Origin: Paraspadella gotoi
Taxonomy: Eukaryota; Animalia; Chaetognatha
Assembly (NCBI GenBank): GCA_051294375.1
Contig: CM119268.1
Coordinates: 7,526,632 to 7,590,631 of the forward strand
DNA: 64,000 nt
Direction of reading: 5' to 3'
Shown here: piece after piece, positions 24,901 to 37,737 of the stretch
How positions within the stretch are numbered: position 1 is the stretch's first letter
Layout: each line of letters begins with the position of its first letter
Made by a program: the position numbers and the translations under genes
The notes under the pieces: model-generated
Told to the model about the DNA's origin: nothing
Database searches by the model: none
Seen by the model: the letters and a program-made list of their open reading frames with translations, nothing else

Positions 24901-26497
24901 AGGGAAGCGCGTTGTCGACGGACGCCGCCCCTTGGTGGTTTGAAGGAGCGGAGGACGAGGGCGACGCCGACGAATCTCCAGAGACTAACGATGATGGACC
25001 AGCTGCGATCTCTGCCACAGTCTCCGTAGACTTGGAAGCTGCGGTGGCCGCGTCAACTTCGTTCTCTGCGGATGTGGGCATTGTAGATCGATCGAGAGTT
25101 CGACGGGAGGCTCGGTGGAGGGCGGCATCCAAAAATGGCGACGACAACGATGCCGATGAGGTAGATGCGTTGCCGACTTTGGCGCCCTCTTGCTGCGACG
25201 CCGTCGATGTTTTTGCGCCCGATGTAGACGCGCCGGCCGACGCCGGGTCTTGGTTGACGCCGAGGGAAGAATCGGCGAAGGGGTGAAGAAAAGGCGAGGC
25301 CGACGTCAAGCCGGGCAACAATGGCCACATAGGGCTGAAACGAAAAGAGGAGGAAGAGGAGTGGATGTCAGCAGCGCTGGTACCGTCGAGGTATGGCGTC
25401 AACGCCATCGAGGATCTCGTGGCGTCATTAGGGTCGGGGACCGAGGCGGTCGGTGGCGCAGTAGACGACGCTGCCGCCGAAGCAGCAGCAGCAGCCGCCG
25501 CCGCAGAAGCAGCAGCCGCCGCCGCCGCCGCAGCGCAAGGCTGTGCCGAGCAATTGTTTTTTTGAGTCCGGCTACTCTTGTGCTTTGAACGCGAAGATCG
25601 TTTCGTCACGGAACTGAGTTCGAGTTGGACCAACATCATGTGGTTGCCGATGCGCAGTGCCAGGGTGAGTGGCACTTGTCCCATGAGGAAGCTGTTTATT
25701 TGATCGTCGGAGAGCGTCTCCAGAGCTTGCATAATGCTCTCGGTCGGCGAGGGATGGTGCAGTGCCAAACCGGTTTCCACGTTTGGCACCAGGGTCACCT
25801 TGGCGCCGTCGTACAGTGCTGGGTAGTCGGAAAGGACGCCGGTACTTAATTCTCGCTCCCTGGCTAGCAGGCGGATTCGCTCCTTTGGCAGCTTGAGTCT
25901 CTTGGCGATCTGCCGTTTGAAGTCCTCCACGGTGCTTGATCGGGAGATGGAGATTTCGAACTGACCGCTGGTCGTCGGGCAAACCTTAAGACGGACGAGG
26001 TCCTGCTGCTCTTCGGCCGGCGTCGATGTCGACGCCGAATTTTCCGGCGTTGTTTCCGAGTTCGTAGGACGTCGAGATGACGATCCAGATGGACATGACA
26101 CTTCCGGCGTCGACGAGAGGATTCCGTTGAGCGTCAACGCAGCCGCGGGGGATGCCGTCGTGGTGGCAGTCGGTTGTACGCCCGTCTCACCGCCAAGGCT
26201 GTAGCCGGCCAGGAAAGGGCTGTCTACGACGAGCGGCTCAATGGCGGAGGCGACTTCTATGAGTTTGTCGCCGCGGCCTGGTTCAACACCGTGCGAGGAG
26301 GTGGAGCTCGGTTTTGCCGCCTCTGGCCAACGCGGCGGCGGCAAAGCTCCTGACGCCGATATCGGGGGGACGGGAGGCGCCGACGAAGACGTAGCCGGAC
26401 GATCCACTTCCGAGGTAGTGTCGGAGGAGGAATCCCGAGGATGGAAGGGGATGGAGGAGGAGGAAGAGGAGGGAACGTCTTCCGGTTTTTCGTCCAT
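21925..26497 (-). CDS. MIDN: Midnolin (ubiquitin-like domain, split Catch domain, C-terminal proteasome-binding helix); coding exons 26497-23574, 22829-22675, 22571-21925
   Basis: UBL: [15 protein letters not shown]...[23 protein letters not shown]...[15 protein letters not shown]. Catch1: [42 protein letters not shown]. Catch2 across splice junctions: [52 protein letters not shown]-terminal helix: [31 protein letters not shown]. The junction phases are consistent. Confidence 0.93.
22892..23065. repeat. Perfect 64-bp inverted repeat (22892-22955 / 23002-23065) with a 46-bp spacer
   Basis: ttattagaaaagtttgaaatgaattttcaacaacgattttatttgataaaaacggacatgtttc is mirrored exactly by gaaacatgtccgtttttatcaaataaaatcgttgttgaaaattcatttcaaacttttctaataa. 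Confidence 0.92.
22942..22983 (-). ncRNA. Minimal type I hammerhead ribozyme (Penelope-like-element type)
   Basis: The minus strand reads AAUG-CUGAUGA-A-GGCUU-guaguu-AAGCC-GAAA-CAUG-UC-CGUU. This gives core CUGAUGA and GAAA, stem II GGCUU/AAGCC, a palindromic minimal stem III (ACAUGU), a GUC cleavage triplet and stem I AAUG/CGUU. Confidence 0.8.
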
Positions 26498-26970
26498 GGT
26501 TTCCAGAAAATTGTTCTAACACTGTAGAAAAAAATAAATTAATGATAAGTTAATGAAAAAAAAAAAAAAGAAAAGGGGAAAAGAAAAACGAGAAAAAAAG
26601 GGGGAGAAAAGTAATCAATAAATCATGTATAGGTTAGAAACGAATTTCAATCTTTAAAAAGCTTTAAAAAAATTGTTCTCGAAATATATTGATAATTACT
26701 GGTAAAAAAAAAAAGTTTGATTACAGAAAGCGAGGGCATTGGCTAACCGACGAAACCAAAACCCCAAACCTTTTATTCATTCGCTTCCCAGCGACCCATA
26801 ATTCTGAGGAGAAATTCACCGATTTTTTTTTCTCATGAAAAGAAAAAAAAGAAAAAAAAAATCCAACAGCCGAGACGTGAATGCCACGATGGAGCGAGGT
26901 TGTCCTCTTTGAGAGCCCCTGGCCGACACTCACATGGCGAGAGCAGCAACCGCACAGAAAAGCAACTAGC

Positions 26971-27034
<64 letters not shown>

Positions 27035-27779
27035 GCTGAGAGGCCGGCGACGAAGTGGAGAACGAATTGCGCTTCCACCTTGCAAGCTACGTAACTTGAA
27101 CAAGTCGGCACATTAGTTACGTAGTTAGAGCCTCGTACGAGACTGGCTAAAGAGAAGCCAACAGGCAAAATGATGAGTTCCATCAGTTAAAGCAGCCAGA
27201 GAGAGAGAGAGAGAGAGAGAATTTGGCAAGATCGACAGTCTAATGCATTTTGCCAATGGACCCGCAGTCAGTTTCCTTGTCACTGAGCCAATGTTAAGCT
27301 GCCAAATGTTTCGGACCGCGGGTAATATTTTCTATTACACTCCAAAAAAGAAATTTAAAGAATAGAGAGAGCAAGAGAGACAGAGCGACATCCACGAAAG
27401 ATAAGATTAAGATACAAATTTAGTATGTAGAGCACGGATGATAGAGACCAGATAAAATTGGACAAAATTATATAAATATTTAAAAAATTGTTTCGCAATT
27501 AAGAAAGGAAAGCAACTTTCTCAAATTCTACAGATGACTAAATTTGTAGGGCGCACATTTCACATGACAAGCCAACTACAAGTCGCCATAATCGCGGTTG
27601 GCGAAAGTAAAATTTAGCTAAATAACTTCCGAGTTGTGCTTTGTTTTTGGGAGATATTTGTTTTAGTATCGTTAATATTCGTGAAACAACTTAATATTCG
27701 AGGATTCATTTGAAAATTGTGTAAAAACACGTACTGTTTTTACCAATCAGATTTTCTTCAGAGGGTAATATGTTAATAA

Positions 27780-29810
27780 ACTTGAATGACGTAAGTATTA
27801 GTTGCCAAGAAAAACACGCCCGTCCAACCACTTGTTTCAAAGACTAATGACGTAAGCAGCACTACTTGGGTGAAAGTGCATTATTCAAAAGTAAATTTCC
27901 CGAAATGTAGAAAGTATTATAATAATATTGTCAGTGTTAGATACAAAGACTCGCGAATCGATCGCTCGAAATAGTATTATTTGCTTATGATTAGTCAATA
28001 ATATACGTAATAAATAAATTCGAGATAAACTTGGATAAATTGCTGAAAAAAGGCATATGGATTTATTCAAATACTGTTAACCCAATTGAGCAAAAACTTT
28101 TTTTTTCGAAAATTTTAGAAATTAGTTAATCTATCGAGCAATAATTTTAGTTGAAAAGCAGGTTTGCAGGGTTATTCCTCTAAAAACGCAGAAAAAAGTT
28201 TAAAAATTAAAGAAATTTTCGTTGGTCAGTTAATATTACATCGATGACATTCGTCGAAACCATCGCCATCCCCCGAAAAATCGCCGTCTGTTAAAGAAAA
28301 AAAAAATGAATTCCTCCACGGAAGAACGGGGCCTTCCTTCTCCAGCCGAGAAAATGCAGGCGATCCCACCGACGAGATAAAGGGGCGCGTCCGGCGAGGA
28401 GGAGGGAAGAGAGAGAGGGACCGCCACGCCGGGCAGAAGGGGAAGAGGAAGAAAAGGCATCTATTCATCTCTCTCTCTCTCTCGAAACGACTGCAGAGAG
28501 TGTAGGCTAGGCGAGGGCACTCCTGCTGTTGCGGAGAGAGAGTCAGAGTGAGGAGAGAAAAAAGGGTCTAACAAAAGAAATTATGTCGGTGACGATTTCG
28601 GGACGGCAGAAAAAGGGTAAACCGAGGGAGAGAAAAGAAAGGACGGAAAGAGAATTGGCGAATGTAGAAAGGAAATAAAGGAAAGAGTCGTTAAAAAAAA
28701 TGAAAGTGACCCCGAAAAAAGGAAAGTTTTTTATTCGTCCGAGATGAAAAAAAAGGGGGACGTAGGATGAGGCAGGACCAGAGAGACGAAAGGATAGAGA
28801 GAAGGAACGATCGAGGAGATTTAGTGCGTGACGTCGAGGGGACCACTCGACCAAACTCTAAATCCTCGTCGAATATTCGATAGAGGGCCGAGATTGTCGT
28901 GAGACGCGACGCGGTCCTTCTGGGGACTGGTATATTTTTTGCCTAGCTATAGATGTTTTCAGAAGTTAATAATTAGACAAAAACAGCAACGACTTTAGCA
29001 CGTTGTGGTTAACGAAATTTCGAGATTGTACCAGACAGTGCCAAAGACCTCCTCACTTATTCCCGCCACGACGTCGTTCTTTTCCCGCCAGCTTATCTCT
29101 TCTCCGCATATTGCGCAACCCGGCCCTAAATCTGGGCAACCGAAACGAAACTCTGACCGTCACTGGTCTTACTTTCAACGTCGAAGCTCATCCAGTCAAG
29201 TCGACGGGGGACTTTATCATTATTTACTTTCATTTTACACGATAATTTTGATGTTTTTTTGTTTTCTTTTTTTTTGTGTGTGCGTTTCCCTCTGCAGTCG
29301 CGGCAGAGCCGCTTCAGGGTACTCCTATGCATTGCAATGGGAGAAAATCTTTCTCTCTCTCTCTCTCGGAATTTAAAAAAAAATACTTGTGATACATCCG
29401 TATTCTCTTCACGGGCGTCGTGTATTCAAAAAAGTTGGGCGATTCTCGGCTTTGGCCGTGACGTCATTTCCGGTATTTTTTCTCATGAGCGGAAGACAAA
29501 AACGCCGAAATGCCGGCTTTTCGTGGTGTCTGGAGCACAGTGGTAATTTGATTAGCAGCGAACATTGCCCCCGTCAGCACAAGACTGAAACTCGACAGCT
29601 TCGACCACGTCAAAAGCAATCGACCGGCTTATTCGCTGGGTTTTTTTTTTCAGCCAATGTTGAATCCTTTTCCTTAACAACCTGAACCACCCCTAACAAT
29701 TTAAAAGAGTAATAACTCCTTCCAGGAGTGGCGATGCATTATTTTTAACTGAGTCACTTGCTCGTCTTGGAGGCTTCCACATTTTTAATGTGACTCATTC
29801 GTGAATCATT
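27780..29810. promoter_or_regulatory. Divergent midnolin/myc intergenic regulatory region with CRE, ETS-CRE and AP-1 sites
   Basis: TGACGTAA twice (~27787, ~27848); TGACGTCA at 29459-29466 abutting TTTCCGG (ETS core on the minus strand); TGAGTCA at 29750-29756; TGACTCA at 29791-29797. Confidence 0.5.
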
Positions 29811-30607
29811 TGAATGTTTAAAGCGGAAAAAATGCGCAATGCTTTATTCGTTTAAGCTTTTACAATTTAGGTCCTGGGTCATATTATTATATTGATTTAT
29901 TTTTAGGTGGAAAGCTTTAGGGGCTAGGATTATGCCATTCAATGGACTCAATCTGTCAATTTAGCAACCGCTTTTGAAACTTTTTGCTGGCTTCTGGGGG
30001 CTTGCAGTCGTCAAAGCTAGCAATTAAAAGCAATAAAGGACTATTACATAACGCTTACCATTTCAATATTTCTAAAGTGAGTTAAAATTTTTGTTTTGAA
30101 CGCCAAAACTACGAAAAACAAGTTTAACTTTAATCTATTTGCTACTTCATACTCCCCACAGGCCGCTTTCTAGAACCTGTCCTGCTCGATAAAACAAATG
30201 CCACTTTGCCAGATTCCCACCATTTCTTTCTTTCCTTGCAATCGGTAAGTCGATACATTTCCAAACGTTTTATTAACTTCAATAGACGGGTATTAATCTA
30301 AAAAAAATATTTTCTTTATTGTCTATCGCATAGTTCGAATTATGCACTTGACGTATTCAACTCGACCACATCTACACCGAATCGCAATATCAATTTCAAC
30401 TTTCGATTGGAAATTCAGACAGTTCGCACCTTGATCCCTTTGGCACGACTCTGCCTCCCGATACAGCGGAGGCTAGGAGCCGCAGTTCCCATCAGGTGAC
30501 CAGCCGTGGTCATCTCCGCGAAAAAGGAAAAAAGAGCACGTACGCACGAATCGGGGCGAATAAGAACGACAATAATAACTTCTGCGTTCAACGGTGAGAA
30601 AAGAACC

Positions 30608-33560
30608 ATGTTTATGTGTCGCGTCGAGGAGTTGATGCCGACGGCGGCCAAGGTTTCCCTGGAGATGCCGATGAGAACCGACGTTTCGTCGTGGGCTTGC
30701 CTGCTGGAGGAGTTGGTGGAAGGAGAATCACCTGATGTGCGGTGTCGCCCTTCTCACGAAGACCGACAAATCAACGAAAGACCTCGGCGGAGAAGGGGCA
30801 GCTTACGAGATCTGTTTCGTCTAACTCCGCCTCGCTCTCCGACTGCCGAATCGAGCGGCGTGGTCGTCGGCGGCGGATTGGACGAGGCATTCCAGATTCT
30901 TGACGCTTTGGAGGGTGAGGTTTAATTATTAAATTACAAAAACCTTTTTTGTCAAGGTTAATGTTTTGTTTTTTTTTAGGTCGAAGTAGGAAAGACAGCT
31001 TAGATTCTCTCTACGACCGTAGTCTGCAAGTTGGCCTTACGTGAGTAATGCTTATAATTATCATTAATCTATATTAAGACAATTTTTATATCATTACCAT
31101 ATCTGTTGTTGTACACCATCATCTGATTGTAAGGGATATTGTTTGACTCGATCATCACCTGCTGATACCCAATAAAATAGTAGTTCCCCTTTTGAGCAAA
31201 AGTTATCGGTCTTTCTTAGTTCTTTTTTACTATAAAATTAATATCTCAGACCCTTGCCTTGAATACTCTTCGCTTTTTCGTGAAGTATCATTTGTTATTC
31301 TGCGATGCCATCTTTTATTTCACCCAGGAAATTCGAAGATAAAATGAACATCAACGAGGATCCAATGTGGTTCGACGAGCATCTGGTCCCTCAAGTAAGA
31401 TAATAATATTATTATTATATTACTATTATATTATATTGGTTCTATTATTATATATTATTATATTTGTTGTACCAATTTCACTAATAATGATGTAAGTAAT
31501 ACATAATATAATGATATAAGTACGGTAATAATAACGATATCATCATCGTTGTTATAAATATGTCGTACAATTCAGATCGACAACGATGTAAACTTGGACG
31601 CCAACTGCTTCGAATCACCCGGCGATCTGTGCTCTAACCAGGTACACGAGTGAGCTCAGAAATAACTTTTCGCTAAAAAATAATTTGATTCAAGAAATAA
31701 AAACATTTGTCTTTGTAGGACACAACATCGGACGACATTTTGTCGCTATTCCCATACCCGCTGAGCATTTCCATAAGTCAACCATCAATTCCGATCCAAG
31801 ACGATGACTCCGTAACAGGATCTAGTGAAAGATGTCACACGCCTTTCGCTTCGATCTTGCGACCCGAATGCGGTTCTTCCGACCCTAAAATCTTATCCGC
31901 GGGCGAGAGCGACTTAGCCAAAGAAGACGAGCCTTCTCTCGACCATGACGGACTAGATATGTCGGTGGTGTTCCTTCGAGTAGCCAGTGGCGTCGAATCC
32001 AGCCTGACGGAACAACTTCCAGCAACGGACGCCAGGACGCAGGTGTCACGCTCAGACACGTCTTCGTCGCCGGCAAGCGAATCCCCACCCTCAAAACTCC
32101 ATCTGTCTGGCACGACTACCAAAACGACCAAGATCTCGACCGATGCCCGTCGAAGATCGCGGACGAACTCTTCGACTTTTGCCCGCAGCCGACGAAGGCG
32201 GCGAGCCTCGATCACCCTCGTCAAGCCCAAGATCTTCCGTCGTGGCGCCGGAAAAACCGGCAAGTCTCCAACGAGAACGTTTTTCTCCGGCGCCGGCAAG
32301 AACGGCCATTTCGCCAAAAGGAGGAGGAAAGAATCGGAGTCGAAGAGTCCGACGAACACGTTGCCCGTCGATCATCAGGTTAACGAGGGGGTTACCGGTT
32401 AGGGCGTGGCTGGGTATGGAAATTGGATTTTACATTTGGGGATTATCTATAATTTAATTCGCCTTCCATCTGCCGTAAACTAGGTAAGTTGAGCTACTCA
32501 ATTTCTTCAGTGCGTTTTTTTTTTTTATTACGTCATATAAAAATTTTCTTTGTTTGAATTTCTATCGAGTTGTTTGACAGCATTTTTGGAACGCGTCCTA
32601 TCATTAGTGGTTAGGTTAAGAAGAACTAGTGGAACTTTAAAAATAGAATTAAAGCGAATGTCATTGAGGGAAAAACTAAAAGCCAATTATAGCTCTGCGC
32701 CCAAACATTTATTTACTAAATGTATGTAAGCCTTTTTACATCTCTCCTATAACCACGGACCTTTTTTGTATTCAGTAACAATAGTTGATCCGACTGAGGC
32801 CAAGCTACCTCGACTCTCTCTCTCTCTCTTTTCCCCCCAGTTTCCTTCAGATTTTATCTAAGAATTCGAAAAAAAGCAGTGTTATCAGTAATCACGATAG
32901 TAACCCCGTGAATGCCTGAAAAGACTAATTAATAGTCAAATTATAAATCTGTTCTGTAGAGCTTGTGCAAGTTCGTCGGTGAACCTGGGTCAAAGCCAAA
33001 ACATCCTCAGCGGTCTTTAACATTTAAAAGCCTCGATCACGTGGAATTTCCGGAGGTGAGATTGGATGTCATATGCTGGTTCTAAACCAGCCAAACGTAT
33101 ATAACCCCCTGTCCATTGCCCTGTAGAAGCACGTAACATCTGCTTCGAAGACGGCGAAGGGACGCGCCCATCTCAACATCATCGAGAGGCAAAGGAGATT
33201 AGTTTTAGCCCAAGCGATGGAGCGGTTGAGGGAAGAGCTGCCTATGGAAACGGTAAGACAAATACGCAACTTTTCACTATGGCTAATAGTATAATAGTAT
33301 GGCTATTATGGCCAACGCTTCAGTTAAAAATGTTCCCCGTTCTATCTTTTAAGGCTTCCGAGGAGGAAAGGAAGAAACTGTCCAAACTAGAGATTTTGCG
33401 CGGAGCCACGGAGTTCGTGCTTCGTCTGCGAGACGAGGAGAGCGCTCTGGTGGAGGAAAAGAAAAAGCTGAGAGAAGAACAGAAACAATTGGCCAAACGG
33501 CTGAACTTATTAAAGCATAAAAACGGAATGGCGAGAAACAGATTCGCGAGAATCGTGTGA
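30608..33560 (+). CDS. myc: Myc-family bHLH-leucine zipper transcription factor (divergent), 8 coding exons: 30608-30914, 30980-31040, 31328-31394, 31576-31641, 31719-32378, 32960-33055, 33127-33252, 33354-33560
   Basis: All seven GT-AG junctions keep the frame. MBI-like DLFRLTPPRSP, MBII-like INEDPMWF, MBIIIa-like ILSLFPYPL. C-terminal GRAHLNIIERQRRLVLAQAMERLREELP...KKLSKLEILRGATEFVLRLRDEESALVEEKKKLREEQKQLAKRLNLLK. Confidence 0.8.
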
Positions 33561-34272
33561 CAAGACCCTCCCCGAGTAGTTGTCGTTTCTTCTTCGTTCG
33601 TTTTTTCGCCCGTTTCGTAAGCTACGTGCGTAGCTTATCTAGGCAATGTTGCATTTACAAAAGTTCATCGATTTTCCCCCGCCTCATTGCTCCCTTTTGA
33701 AATGTACCTCTAAGATTGTGATAATATCACGCCTATGTTTAGATAATTACAGCGGCTTTAGCTATAGAGTACTTTCTTTTAATATAGATTTTAGAAAGAG
33801 ATATAAATCAGCAAAACGAAGAAGTCACTTTCCAAATTTCATCAGAACTTAAATTTTGGATAATAAACTCTGTAGCGCGAACTAAATTTATACCATATTA
33901 GAAAAGTATAATTGAGGGGGAATCAAAATTCATAATTTTAAAATATATCAGTATATTGTAGAAAATAAAATTGAAAGATGCGTGGCCCTAAACTCCTCTT
34001 CCTGCTTCAACAAGTAAGTGTCGCATTGGTTCTCAACTCGCCCCCTCGCAATTCTAAACCGCGACTCCGAAATTCTGGAATCCGTTGCCAAACTCAGAGA
34101 TTCGCATCTCTGTCTCTCTCTCTCTTTCCAACACTCATTTTCAATTCTTCTGCAATTCGCCGACCGAATATTAGGAGACGAAACCCGAGTTTTTTTCCCC
34201 ACAACTAAGCGCGTAATTTTCTATTTTGCACAACGAGACGAGAACCTCTGATAACGACACAAAATCAAAACA

Positions 34273-37200
34273 ATGTTCTCTCACAGTATTGTTAATTTTC
34301 ATCTATTTTTTGCGCTTTTGTCAGGTAATGTACCTATTTTAAACTTTCGGCATTATAAAAAATATTTTTTCACCTTTTTTATTTTTATTTTATTTTTTTA
34401 TTTTTATTTTGTTTGATTTTTAACAATGTTATGATTGGAGAGATTGTATCAAAAATATCAAAAGACATTAAATAGCGATCGTGTCCAACACTTGAGCTAT
34501 GTATCTTTCCGGGAGATTTTTCGTCCTTCACACTTCCGCTGAAAAGGTCACGTAATTTCTTCTAAATTTAAAATGTCTTTTTTTCGCTTTTAACTCAAAC
34601 ATTTTTTAAATAAGAAATTTGTAATTAGTAGGTTAAAATGAATCCATTGAGGGTGAAAAAGCAAAACCATTATATGATACTGATATATGAAGTGATAGTC
34701 TACCAGACCTATGTCATATATCTTATGAGATCTTTTCCATCCATTAATTATATATTCAACACAAAAGGGTCCAAAAGAACAAAATAATATATATAATTCA
34801 ACTAGAGACAAAACATAATTATAATAAAAAAAGATAGTTAAACAAGTTATTTTGTAACTTTCATAATTATTTTTCTATGAACACTAAAATTTTTTTATAT
34901 CTGCGATAAAAGTTTTGAGGCGAATCCTAAATTCGGCTCCCGTATAGCTTTATAAAACTCAGCTCGTCCCATTGGCTTAGACAGCTAAGTAGTCGTTTAC
35001 CAACCATGAGTTCCGGGTTCAACCCCCTAACGGTCACGCATAAACACGCCAGTAACATGTGGTGGTCACTGCAGATGCAAACCCCTGAGCACCAGCTGTC
35101 GGGAGATTCTTCACACCCCGGGCATCACACATGTTTCCCCGTTGCCATAGTTTATTAAAAGTAAAACTTACAAAAAAAGATTATAAACTAAAAAAATCGT
35201 TTTCAGCTGTCCCTAATATCGATGGTTTAACCTTTACTTGCCCGGGAGATGGTCACTTTGGAGATCCTGATGACTGCAACTCTTATTATTTGTGCAGGTT
35301 ACTTTATTATTTTTTTTCCGTATATATTTTATAAACCGCTGACCCAGCAATGTAATTTTTTGAGTGAAAAACCAGACCGTTAAGCCTCAAATTATTAATT
35401 AGCGATTAAATTCTTGATCAGTTCTGGGCAACCGACCGCCCTAAAGTACAAATGCGGAGAAGGGCTCCTGTGGGACCGCAAAAGAAATCTCTGCGATTGG
35501 GCAGCCAACGTCAATTGTGGCATTGAGGTTTGTCTCTTAATTTCTGACTCGTTTGGTCATAAACTACTAGTTTTGGCCAATAAAAAATATTAATAAATAT
35601 TATTATTCATCAGTCCTCCGAAACGGTCACCGAATCGAAAGAGCAGGATGACAGTCCTCCTCCAGTCGTGAGCATCAGTGAAAATCAAGATGGTATCCTG
35701 CTTCCGATCCATGCACCAATGAATCATTACCTCAATTTAAATTATTTATTAGTTGCGCCGAGAGTATTCGCGGAGCAACAACAAGTCACTTTTCAGTCGG
35801 TCTGTCGTTCTGTCCCATTTACGTTAAAAATGCTCATAACTTGCATATAGTTGGTTGTTCATTTGTTAAGACAGGAAAAAACCTCAAATCCAAGAGACTT
35901 CTAGCGCCGCCTTCAGGAAATCTTAAACTATAAAGAATAAAATTCACATGGAGTTCGTGTCATAAATACACGGACTAAAGAGTTATTGTAGTCCTGTCAT
36001 ATCATCTCACGACAAATACACGTGATAAGGCATTCACTGCGGCGCAACACATTTGAATTACCGTTCTTCTTTTTGACCATATTTGCAATCGTTGTAGATG
36101 AGGACTTCGATCCGGACATATATCCTCCTATACGACCATCTACGCAGGAGCCAATTCCTAACTATTGTAAGTTTGATTTAACAGTTGTTCAAAAAAAAAC
36201 GCGCCACTTTATATCAGACTAAAAATCACCCAACAAACTTATTTTTATTTTTTTTTAAATTAAAAAACAAGTTTGAACAAACAATGCCGGATCTGCCCAC
36301 CAAAATTAGCCGTAATTATATAATTAAGCAATAATCGATAATTGATAAGAGATCAATGATGCGAGAGAGAGAGAGGCATAACAAATTATAACAGATTCTT
36401 TAACAAATCAATGAAAGAATCAATCAATCATTCAATCAACTGATCAATCAGCCAATCAATCATTTTAACAAAGAGAGAGAGAAAGAAACTCTAAAAACTA
36501 AAAAAAAATTTTAAAAAATTGTGACTCGAGTTTTTTCCATTTAAACGAGGACGATTCCACTGAAACTTTATATCAAGCTCAATCATGTACTTTCCTACCA
36601 TCACATAAAATTTTATTTAAATCCATCAATCCAATTATAAATAATTAAACGAAGTCAAGTAGATATGACTTGTTTTTTTCCATTTCCACTTGCACGATTC
36701 TATCGAAACTCATATCCAGCTCAATCATAAACTTACCTACCCACAATCGCCCTATCCACTAATAATAGTAATTAGCGTTCAAAGCTAAGGGGGGACGGAT
36801 AGACGGACATCGATTTTTTTGCATAATTTATCATAATTCGAGATTATGGAGAGATTGTGGTATATACTAAAATGATTCTGAAGCTTTTAAGTGAAATTCG
36901 ATTTTCCCTTCTTGTTTTGGAACACTTAGTTTAAAAAATCATATCTCTTAAGCCCTTTGACCGATTGTAATAAAATTTTTACACATTATTTCCTTTTTAA
37001 AGAAAATTTATTTTTCTTATATGAAATTGGTACAACCAATATAAATTTATCCATTCATTTAATAACTAAGCTATCTTGCCCCTGACTTTGGTGGTTTAAG
37101 CACTCCGTCACTCTTACAAGATAATGACATTGCCCAATATTCTTATATAGTTTTGAATATAAAGTTATAAAGTGGCGCGTTTTTTTTATAGTTTTTTGGC

Positions 37201-37737
37201 ACATGATTATATTAACTATTTTTATTCAAGCATGATTAATTTCCTCCTTTACAGGTCAACAAAAGGAAGACGGAAAATACCCGAACCTAAGAAAAAAGTG
37301 CAGACAATATTACGCCTGCAGCGACGGGGAGATGATACAGCTGAAAATGTGCGACGAAGGAACAGTCTTTGACGGCCAGCGGTAACATATAATTTTAATT
37401 TACATATCTTTTGCGTATATGTATCATTTAAGGAAAAACTATATCTATATTTTATATAATAACGGATATTTGAGAATGAACAAATCCCTTTTAGATTGTC
37501 CTGCGAACGTCCCGTTTACGTTGCTCCTCCTTGCGGTAGCGCACTTTATTCTTTAACAGACTATACTAAAGGTATGTCTACCTCGTCAATTATTATTTGA
37601 AACGGAAATAAATTATGATTATCCAAAACAGGAAGAAACGGGGCAACGGTCGGACGAATATCGACGCTTCTCCCTGGGTTGTTTATGTCATTGGCATTTT
37701 TGTGCTATTAAATCTCAAATCAAAAGAGAAGCCTTAA
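34273..37737 (+). CDS. Secreted/membrane-anchored protein with two CBM14 (peritrophin-A) chitin-binding domains
   Basis: Signal-peptide exon MFSHSIVNFHLFFALLS. Domain 1: FTCPGDGHFGDPDDCNSYYLCS...YKCGEGLLWDRKRNLCDWAANVNC. Domain 2: YCQQKEDGKYPNLRKKCRQYYACSDG...MCDEGTVFDGQRLSCE...PPC. Hydrophobic C-terminus LLPWVVYVIGIFVLL. Confidence 0.82.
34962..35132 (+). mobile_element. tRNA-derived SINE-like element in intron 1 of the chitin-binding gene
   Basis: A-box-like TGGCTTAGACAG and B-box GGTTCAACCCC at tRNA-like spacing, followed by a GC-richer body within an AT-rich intron. Confidence 0.5.
35757..36069 (+). mobile_element. Dispersed ~320 bp repeat (copy 2 of 707-1033)
   Basis: Colinear similarity with 707-1033. 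Confidence 0.7.
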
